Positions 36,408 through 43,367 of a stretch of DNA of 64,000 nt are shown here, in pieces. Made by a program: the position numbers and the translations under genes. Position 1 is the first letter of the stretch; the number at the start of each line of letters is the position of its first letter. The stretch is from Gemmatimonadota bacterium (GTDB lineage: Bacteria; Gemmatimonadota; Gemmatimonadetes; JACCXV01): positions 45,298-109,297 of the forward strand of contig DATBJW010000064.1 in the NCBI GenBank assembly GCA_036556205.1, read 5' to 3'. Under the pieces are notes generated by a model, which was not told the DNA's origin, did no database searches, and was given only the letters and a program-made list of their open reading frames with translations.

Positions 36408-38900
36408 ATGACGCGAGACCTCCCGGACATTCCCAGCGGCCACGGCCGTCGCCGGCCGTGCGTCGCTGCGCGCCGGGCCCTTCTCGCGGCGCTGTTCCTC
36501 GTCTCGGCGCTGGCCGCTCCGGCCGTCGCTCCCGCCCGCGCGCAGGAGCCCGGCGTGCGCCGGGAGGGCGGGCTGGTCTACTTCAACCTCCAGAACGTGG
36601 ACATCCGCTCGGCCCTGGACACGATCAGCCAGGTGCTGGGGATCAGCTACGTGCTCGGCGGAAGCGTGCCCACGGGCACGCCGATCACGATCAGCACCGC
36701 GGCCGGGATCCCCCTCGAGAAGGTGCCCGACCTGCTGGACTCGGTCCTGCGCACCTACAACCTGGCGCTCATCAAGACCGGGGACGTCTTCACGGTCATC
36801 CAGGCCGGCGAGGGCCAGCCGGCGGGGGAAGTGACGCGCACCCAGGTTTACGTCTACTACCTGCGGAACGCCAACGCCGTGGACGTTGCGAACGTGCTCT
36901 CGCAGCTCTTCCAGGGATCAGCTCCCGCCGGCGGGTTCGTGCGCCGCAGCCCTCCTGCGCAGGGCCTCTCGCGGCGCCTCGAGCAACAGAACCTACCCTA
37001 CGCGGACACGCAGCAGAACCCCTTCGGCATGGGCGGGGTGAACGACCAGGTCCCGCAGGCGACCGAGGCGAACACGCCCGTGCGCGTGATCCAGGGCGAG
37101 CTCGTCGGCCAGACGTCGATCGTGCCGGACGAGACCACGAACAGCCTGATCATCAAGACCGCGCCCGAGAACTACCCTTCGATCCAGGAGACGATCGCCA
37201 AGCTCGACATGCGGCCCGCGCAGGTGCTAATCGAGGTCACCATCGCCGAGATCACGCTGGACAAGTCGATGCAGTTCGGCATCGAGTACCTGCTCAGGGG
37301 CAAGACCGAGATCGGCGGCGAGACCGTGCGCGGCGAGCTCGAGCTCCAGAGCCCGACTCCGATTGTGGGCGGCCTGCGCGCGCACGTCTTCGACAGCGGG
37401 AACGTGGACGTGGTCCTGCGGGCGCTGGCCGCGGACGCCCGCGTCAACGTGCTCTCGACGCCGCGCGTGCTCGCCGTCAACAACCACGAGGCTCGGATCC
37501 TGATCGGCTCCGAGGTTCCCTTCGTTCAGTTCTCGCGCGCGACCACGGGCGAGGCCATCGACCAGGTCGTGCAGTACCGCAACGTGGGCCTGGAGCTCAC
37601 CGTCACGCCGCGCATCAACCCTGACCGCTACATCAGCATGGACCTGCTGCAGCAGGTCTCCGCGCTCACGAACGACGTCCTATTCGACGCTCCCATCATC
37701 ACGACGCGGGAGGCGCAGACCTCACTGGTGGTAGGTGACAACCAGACGATCGTGCTGGGCGGGTTGATGGAAGACCGCAAGGAGAAGCGCCGCAACGGGA
37801 TTCCCATCCTGAAGGACATTCCGGTCCTGGGCTGGCTCTTCGGCACCACGTCCGAGCGCACGGTGAAGACCGAGCTGGTCCTCACCCTCACGCCCTACAT
37901 CGTCGAGTCGGACCAGGAGCTGCAGCGCCTGCGCCAGGAGATCGAGTCCCACAGCGAGCTCTACCAGAAGGAGCTCGAGAAGCGCCGCGAGGAGGGGCAC
38001 TTCGTGCCCGGCGACCTGACTCCCGAGCGAATGCAGTCGGCTCCCGTCGCGCCGGCGGGACCGGCACCAACGCCAACGCCGCTTCCGGCCGACACGACCA
38101 CGCTCGCGCCGCGCGACACGGCGCGGGCGGCCGCCATGCCGGCCATGGGCGAGCCGGCCCAGGCGCCCGTGGTCGGCGCAGAGCCGGAGCCCCGCGTCAG
38201 CAGCCTGGAGCGAGGGCCGGAGATCAGCCAGCCGGCTCCCGAGGGCGGCGGGGGGAATGCCGATGCTCCCTCGCCTTCGACCTACGGCGCGCCCTCGTCG
38301 GCGGGAGAGACTCCGGAGGTGAATCAGCCCGCGGCGCCGAGTCCCCCGCCGGCGGAGGCCGTCGAGCCGACTCCAGACGAACCGAGCGGCGAGCAGGTCG
38401 AGACCTTCGAGCCGACTCCGGGCGAGCCGGGTGCCGAGCAACAGGTCGAGACGTTCGAGCCGCCTGCCGGCGAACCGGGCGGCGGGCACGTGGAGACGTT
38501 CGAGGCGCCCGCCGCTGAACCGGGCGGCGGGCACGTGGAGACGTTCGAGGCGCCCGCCGGCGAACCGGGCGGCGAAGCCCGGCAGACGCCACCGTCCCCC
38601 GCCGAGCCGGGAGGCGCCCCTGAGACGCCAGAGCCGCCCCTCGCCGAGCCGGGCGGCCCGAGCTTCCGGGTGCAGGTCATGGCCGTCCCCGATCAGCGCG
38701 CGGCCGAGGACGAAGCCGACCGGCTGCGCGGCATCCTCGGACCGGAGCTCCCGGTCTACGTGGAGCGGGAGCGCCCCTTCTACAAGGTCCGGGTGGGCGA
38801 CTTCCCCACCAAGGACGAAGCGCACGCCGCGGTCGTCAGGCTGCGCGGGCTGGGCTACAACGACGCCTGGACGGTCACCGTTCCGGGCTCGGGCGGCTAG
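36408..38900 (+). CDS. gspD: Type II secretion secretin GspD fused to a C-terminal SPOR domain through a repetitive linker
   Basis: ATG at 36408; signal peptide (ALLAALFLVSALAAPAVAPARAQEP). N0-N3 domains, then the secretin core (VLSTPRVLAVNNHEARILIGSEVPFV...NVGLELTVTPRIN...TIVLGGLMED...IPILKDIPVLGWLFG...VLTLTPYIV). Then a ~230-aa Pro/Glu-rich linker with 4x VETFEAPAGEPGGGH repeats. Then a SPOR-like domain (FRVQVMAVPDQRAAEDEADRLRG...PFYKVRVGDFPTKDEAHAAVVRLRGLGY). Confidence 0.85.
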   Translation: MTRDLPDIPSGHGRRRPCVAARRALLAALFLVSALAAPAVAPARAQEPGVRREGGLVYFNLQNVDIRSALDTISQVLGISYVLGGSVPTGTPITISTAAGIPLEKVPDLLDSVLRTYNLALIKTGDVFTVIQAGEGQPAGEVTRTQVYVYYLRNANAVDVANVLSQLFQGSAPAGGFVRRSPPAQGLSRRLEQQNLPYADTQQNPFGMGGVNDQVPQATEANTPVRVIQGELVGQTSIVPDETTNSLIIKTAPENYPSIQETIAKLDMRPAQVLIEVTIAEITLDKSMQFGIEYLLRGKTEIGGETVRGELELQSPTPIVGGLRAHVFDSGNVDVVLRALAADARVNVLSTPRVLAVNNHEARILIGSEVPFVQFSRATTGEAIDQVVQYRNVGLELTVTPRINPDRYISMDLLQQVSALTNDVLFDAPIITTREAQTSLVVGDNQTIVLGGLMEDRKEKRRNGIPILKDIPVLGWLFGTTSERTVKTELVLTLTPYIVESDQELQRLRQEIESHSELYQKELEKRREEGHFVPGDLTPERMQSAPVAPAGPAPTPTPLPADTTTLAPRDTARAAAMPAMGEPAQAPVVGAEPEPRVSSLERGPEISQPAPEGGGGNADAPSPSTYGAPSSAGETPEVNQPAAPSPPPAEAVEPTPDEPSGEQVETFEPTPGEPGAEQQVETFEPPAGEPGGGHVETFEAPAAEPGGGHVETFEAPAGEPGGEARQTPPSPAEPGGAPETPEPPLAEPGGPSFRVQVMAVPDQRAAEDEADRLRGILGPELPVYVERERPFYKVRVGDFPTKDEAHAAVVRLRGLGYNDAWTVTVPGSGG
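38395..38585 (+). repeat. 45-bp tandem repeat inside gspD (two perfect copies plus two degenerate copies; 15-aa repeat VETFEAPAGEPGGGH)
   Basis: gaaccgggcggcgggcacgtggagacgttcgaggcgcccgcc occurs twice in tandem, flanked by diverged copies (gagccgggtgccgagcaacaggtcgagacgttcgagccgcctgcc). Confidence 0.8.
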
Positions 38901-38911
38901 GCCCGGCCCGC

Positions 38912-39598
38912 GTGCGGAGCCTCTTGCTTAGAGAGGCGGCAGCCTGGAAGACGCTCCACGGCGCGCGTGCGCTCGATCCCGCGCGATCGGCGCGCGGCTT
39001 CACGCTGATCGAGGTCGCGGTCGCGCTCGCGATCCTGGGGCTCATCACGGTCACGATCTACATGTCGCTCCGGAGCGCTCTCGACAACGTGGATCACCTC
39101 CGCGAGAGCCAGGAGCCCTATCAGCGCGGGCGCGTGACGCGGTCGTTCCTCGCGAGCGCGCTGCGCTCTGCGTCCCTGTTCACGGGGCTGCCCGAGGACG
39201 GCTTCGCCGCGGTGGACAGCTCGCACGCCGGGGTCCCGCGCGACGAGCTCACCTTCGTGGCCCTCTCTCCGCCGGGGGCGCGCGGGAGCCGCATGCAGGT
39301 CCACCTCTACGTGGCGGATTCGGCCGGCGGCTCGTTCCTGAAGCTCGACGTGCGTCCGGTCGGCGTGGCTGACTCCACGCCACCCTTCACGAGCTACACG
39401 CTGTCGAACGCCGTGCGCGGGCTCGACCTGAGCTACCTCGCCGCGGCGGCCGACGACCGCACGATCTGGCTCGACCACTGGGATTCGCTGATCCGCCTGC
39501 CGTACGCCGTCCGCATCACGTTCCTGCCCGCCGGCGTGCCGGATCCCCTGTGGGAGACCCCCCTGGTGACCCAGCTCCCCGCCGGCCGCATGCTCTGA
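38912..39598 (+). CDS. gspJ: Type II secretion minor pseudopilin GspJ-like
   Basis: Prepilin cleavage/methylation motif (RGFTLIEVAVALAILGLITVTIY). ~228 aa. The C-terminal beta-rich domain is typical of GspJ. Confidence 0.65.
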   Translation: MRSLLLREAAAWKTLHGARALDPARSARGFTLIEVAVALAILGLITVTIYMSLRSALDNVDHLRESQEPYQRGRVTRSFLASALRSASLFTGLPEDGFAAVDSSHAGVPRDELTFVALSPPGARGSRMQVHLYVADSAGGSFLKLDVRPVGVADSTPPFTSYTLSNAVRGLDLSYLAAAADDRTIWLDHWDSLIRLPYAVRITFLPAGVPDPLWETPLVTQLPAGRML

Positions 39599-39834
39599 GG
39601 CGGCGTCCCCACCCTCACCCTCTCCTACCGCGCTAGGCCGTTCGGCGGATGGCGCTCTGCGCCTCTCGCTGGATGCGCCGCACCCGCGCGCGCGGCACCT
39701 TCGGACCGCGGCGACGCGTGGCCTCCCGCCGAGCGGCGGAGGCTCCCCACACCCCGTGAGCCGCGCTCTCAACGAGCGCCCGCCCCCACCCAGGCCGCCG
39801 CCCGCGGTGGCCGTGCCCACAAGGAGGTTGGCCC

Positions 39835-41046
39835 ATGAGACGCGTGCTCGCGCTGCTCTCGCTGTCGGCTCTCGCCGCGTGCCGGGACGCACCCGGCCCC
39901 CTCGCTCCCGGCGACGAAGCGGCGGACGCGAGCCTCTCGGACCAGGCCTCGGACTCCCTGTCGCCCACGCTCGACGCCAGCGCCGAAGGCGTCCTGCCGG
40001 GTCGCTGGATCGTGACGCTCAAGCCCGGGGTGGCCTCTCTCACCGCGGGCACCAGCCTCGGTCTGCGCCCCGACTACGTCTACACGCGGGCGCTCAACGG
40101 CTTCGCGGTTCGGCTCTCCGATTCGGCGGCGCGCGCTCTTTTGCGGGACGCGCGCATCCTCTCGATCGAGCCCGACGGGATCGCCACCGCGACGACGACG
40201 GAGACGAGCGCGCCCTGGGGGCTCGACCGCATCGACCAGCGCAAGCTCCCCGTCGACACCCAATTCCACTACACGGCCACCGGGCAGGGTGTCACGGCCT
40301 ACGTGATCGACACCGGCATCCGGTTCGACCACGCCGAGCTCTCGGGTCGCGCCGTGAGCCTCGTGGACGAGGTCGACGGAGGCTCCGCGGACGACTGTCT
40401 CGGCCACGGCACGCACGTCGCCGGAACGCTGGGCGGGGAGACCTACGGCGTGGCCAAGGACGTGAAGCTGGTCGCCGTGCGCGTGCTGGACTGCAACGGG
40501 TTCGGCACCTGGAGCCAGGTGATCGCCGGTATCGACGCCGTGATCGCCGACCACCAGGCCGGCGTGCCGGCCGTCGCCAACCTCTCGCTGGGCGGGCCCA
40601 AGCGGGCGTCGGTCAACACCGCGATCAAGAACCTGATCGGCGACGGCGTCACGACGGTCGTCGCGGCCGGCAACGGCGACATCTTCGGGTTCCCCCAGAA
40701 CGCCTGCAACGTCTCGCCCGCGGGTGTGCGCCTCGCGATCACCGTGGGCGCCACCGACCAGACCGACACCAAGGCCCCGTGGTCGAACTTCGGCAACTGC
40801 GTGGACTGGTTCGCGCCGGGCGTGGACATCCTCTCGGCCTGGGTCTCGGGTCCCCACGACACGTTGATCCTGAGCGGCACCTCGATGGCCGCACCCCACA
40901 CCGCCGGCGTAGCCGCCCTGTTCCTGCAGGGCAGCCCCTCGGCCTCCCCAGCGGCGGTGCGCAGCGCGCTCTTCGCCAAGACGACGAAGGGCATCGTGAA
41001 GGCCTCGAGCACGGCCACGAACCACCTGCTCTTCACGAAGTACTAG
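39835..41046 (+). CDS. Subtilisin-like serine protease (peptidase S8, proteinase-K-like) with an I9 propeptide and a lipoprotein signal
   Basis: Signal plus lipobox (LSLSALAAC). Inhibitor_I9 prodomain (RWIVTLKPG...). Catalytic triad motifs: D (AYVIDTGI), H (HGTHVAGT), S (GTSMAAPH). RBS AAGGAGG upstream. Confidence 0.9.
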   Translation: MRRVLALLSLSALAACRDAPGPLAPGDEAADASLSDQASDSLSPTLDASAEGVLPGRWIVTLKPGVASLTAGTSLGLRPDYVYTRALNGFAVRLSDSAARALLRDARILSIEPDGIATATTTETSAPWGLDRIDQRKLPVDTQFHYTATGQGVTAYVIDTGIRFDHAELSGRAVSLVDEVDGGSADDCLGHGTHVAGTLGGETYGVAKDVKLVAVRVLDCNGFGTWSQVIAGIDAVIADHQAGVPAVANLSLGGPKRASVNTAIKNLIGDGVTTVVAAGNGDIFGFPQNACNVSPAGVRLAITVGATDQTDTKAPWSNFGNCVDWFAPGVDILSAWVSGPHDTLILSGTSMAAPHTAGVAALFLQGSPSASPAAVRSALFAKTTKGIVKASSTATNHLLFTKY

Positions 41047-42373
41047 TCGAAGGCGCCGGCGGCGCCCCGTCGCAGGCGCCGCCGGGCTCGTCCCTCCCTC
41101 GCGCGCCATCGTCGGCGGCGGCGTCCACGCCCGCCGCCGGCGCCTCGTTTGTCAGCTCCCCCTCCGCGGCGTCCGACCCGTCGTCGAGATTGCCCGGGTC
41201 CTCCGCGCCGACTTCCGGCGCCCCTTCCCGCTCGTCCGGCTCGTCGTCATCGGCGGAAGTGCCGCGCGGGACGGGCACGCCCAGCCGGCGGGCCTCGCGC
41301 CGGACCTTGTTCCGTTCCCAGCCCAGGAGCGCCCCGGCCCGGGTCAGGTTGCCGCGCGCGATCGCCAGCACGCGCCGCAAGTGGTGGCGGAGCACCGTGT
41401 CGGCTCGCAGGTCGGGTGGTCCGTCGTCCTCGTGCATGGCCCAGACCTTCAGGTCCCCGCGCTCGATCCAGCACGAGCGGGCCCGCAGGAAACCGATGCG
41501 AAGCGTCTCGCGCAGCTCGCGCACGTTTCCCGGCCAGGCGTAGGCCAGAAACCAGGATTCCGTCGCCGCGTCCCAACCACGCACGTCCTTGCCGTAAGCC
41601 TCGGCGAACTCGCGCATGAACGTCTCGGCCAGTAGCAGGATGTCCTCGCCCCGGTCGCGCAGAGGCGGCAGCGACAGCTCGATCCCGCTCAAGCGGTAGT
41701 ACAGGTCGCGCCGGAAGCGCCCCTGCGCCACGAGCCGGCCCAGGTTGCGGTTCGTGGCGCTCACGAACTGGACGTTCACGTCCACCGCGCTCGAGGAGCC
41801 CACCGGTCGCACCTGACGGCTCTCGGACACGTAGAGCAGCTTGGCCTGGACGCGGGGGCTGATCTCGGTGATCTCGTCCAGGAACACGGTCCCGCCGCTG
41901 GCCTCGACTATGAGTCCGCGCCGCTCGCTCCGCGCGTCGGTGAATGCTCCCCGCGCGTGGCCGAACAGCTCGCTCTCGAAAAGGGTGGCCGGGATGTTGG
42001 GGCAGGGCACCTCGATGAAGGGCCGAGCCGCGCGGGGGCCTATCGCGTGGTAGAGGCGGGAGAGGAAGCTCTTCCCCGTGCCGGTGGGACCCGTGAGGAG
42101 GAGGTTGATCGAGTAGGCCGAGAGCGACCTCAGCGTGCTCTTGACCTCGAGCATGCCCGGCGAGGAGCCCACGACCTTGTCGAGCGCGTCGGGGACGCCG
42201 ATCCTGTCACCTGCCTCGCGATAGACTTCCGCGTGGGGGCTTGCCGTCGGGTGTCCCAGCACGCCTCTCCCTCCCGATCCCGGGCTCGCGGACGGACGAC
42301 TCAAGCTCCCAACCGGGTCTCCCGCCCCTGCACGACGCGTGCCGAGCAGCAGAGGAGACCGGGCGAAAGGCAT
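41033..42373 (-). CDS. Sigma-54-dependent transcriptional activator (bEBP) without a receiver/sensor domain and with an acidic C-terminal tail
   Basis: AAA+ sigma-54 interaction domain: Walker A (LLTGPTGTGKS), GAFTDA variant (GAFTDARSER), Walker B (GTVFLDEI), arginine fingers, C-terminal Fis-type HTH (LRRVLAIARGNLTRAGALLGWERNKVRR). Only ~70 low-complexity residues precede the AAA+ domain. ~85-aa Asp/Glu-rich tail. Confidence 0.85.
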   Translation of the reverse strand: MPFARSPLLLGTRRAGAGDPVGSLSRPSASPGSGGRGVLGHPTASPHAEVYREAGDRIGVPDALDKVVGSSPGMLEVKSTLRSLSAYSINLLLTGPTGTGKSFLSRLYHAIGPRAARPFIEVPCPNIPATLFESELFGHARGAFTDARSERRGLIVEASGGTVFLDEITEISPRVQAKLLYVSESRQVRPVGSSSAVDVNVQFVSATNRNLGRLVAQGRFRRDLYYRLSGIELSLPPLRDRGEDILLLAETFMREFAEAYGKDVRGWDAATESWFLAYAWPGNVRELRETLRIGFLRARSCWIERGDLKVWAMHEDDGPPDLRADTVLRHHLRRVLAIARGNLTRAGALLGWERNKVRREARRLGVPVPRGTSADDDEPDEREGAPEVGAEDPGNLDDGSDAAEGELTNEAPAAGVDAAADDGARGRDEPGGACDGAPPAPSTSTS

Positions 42374-42525
42374 GGCGAGAGTGACGAGTCACGCTCCTGA
42401 CCCGGCGTTCAAAGCCGAGCGTGAGCGGCGGCACTGGTTCGGGAGGCCGGTCCGCGCCGCGCGGGGGGACTGACGGGCAGGTGACACACGGGCGACTGGA
42501 GCGCCGCCCGGGCGGGCCAGAGGGA

Positions 42526-42840
42526 TCAGGCCCCTTGCATCTCCTCGCGGATGGCCTGCGCGAGGTCGCCGTGGCCGTGCGCCAGGGCGCTGGCGAGGCC
42601 GGAACCGAAGGCCAGCTGCGCCGCCTCCGACTCTCCCAGCAAGTGATGGGCGCGCCCTTTCATGCGGTAGGCGGCTCCCACGTCGCCCCCGGGCAGCAGG
42701 GCCACGTAGCGGTCGAGATACGCCAGGGCGCGGGCCGGCTCCCCGGCGTTCAGGAGCTCGTTGCCGGCCATGATCTGCGGCATGGGCTCGTCGGGGTTCT
42801 CGTCGGCCAGGCTCAGGACGGTCTCGAGTCGCGAGCTCAT
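42526..42840 (-). CDS. Small TPR-like helical protein
   Basis: ~105 aa. ATG at 42840 overlaps the stop of the upstream gene (ATGA). Helical repeats (ARALAYLDRYVALLPGG...AAYRMKGRAHHLLGESEAA). Confidence 0.5.
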   Translation of the reverse strand: MSSRLETVLSLADENPDEPMPQIMAGNELLNAGEPARALAYLDRYVALLPGGDVGAAYRMKGRAHHLLGESEAAQLAFGSGLASALAHGHGDLAQAIREEMQGA

Positions 42841-43367
42841 CGCACAGTCGCCTGGCCGGGCGCGAGCGTCACGTCGAAGCGCTCCGCGTCGCGATCCACC
42901 ACGACACCGCCCTCGAGGCCCACGGGGTACACACCGGCCGCGACCGTGCCGGTGCGGAAGCTCATGAGCAGGACCGCGCCCTCCCCGGCCGGGATCGTGG
43001 CCGTCCCCTCGGGATCGAAGAGCAGCAGCCGGGCGCGGCCGAGCTCCAGGTTCTGAACGACGGCTTCGAGCCGCCCGGCGGCGCGCCCTTCGGGTGCCGC
43101 GCCCTCCAGCAGGGGGATCACGTCCGGCGCGCTCACCAGATCCACCTGCAGGCTCGCGACCGGGAGGTTGTTGGCGAGCACGAGAGCGACGCTCACGCGC
43201 TCTCCAGTCCCGGTCGTGAAGCTTGGCGCCGTGATCGTCGCGGCCGGCGTCGGACCCGGCCCTCCCCCGCCGCCGTCGCCGCAAGCGGAGGCGAGGACCG
43301 CTCCGGTGAGGGCCACCGCGAGCAGCGCGGCACCGACAGCGCGCGTGGCGCGCGGCCCGGCGCTCAC
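42837..43367 (-). CDS. Cohesin-like domain lipoprotein
   Basis: GTG start at 43367. Signal plus lipobox (AALLAVALTGAVLASAC). Gly/Pro linker. ~130-aa beta-sandwich resembling cohesin modules (VSVALVLANNLPVASLQVDLVSAPDV...LLLFDPEGTATIPAGEGAVLLMSFRTGTVAAGVYPVGLEGGVVVDRD). Start overlaps the stop of the dockerin gene (GTGA). Confidence 0.5.
   Translation of the reverse strand: MSAGPRATRAVGAALLAVALTGAVLASACGDGGGGGPGPTPAATITAPSFTTGTGERVSVALVLANNLPVASLQVDLVSAPDVIPLLEGAAPEGRAAGRLEAVVQNLELGRARLLLFDPEGTATIPAGEGAVLLMSFRTGTVAAGVYPVGLEGGVVVDRDAERFDVTLAPGQATVR

Noticed and set aside
38395-38585. Tandem 45-bp repeats as a possible CRISPR array or mobile-element repeat
   Set aside because: Repeats are in-frame within gspD with no spacer structure (coding low-complexity linker). 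No cas genes. They encode a peptide repeat instead.
39599-39834. Possible second sigma-54 promoter upstream of the S8 protease (GGCAC motif at ~39700)
   Set aside because: GGCACCTTCGGACCGC has no GC at the -12 position with correct spacing. Not supported.
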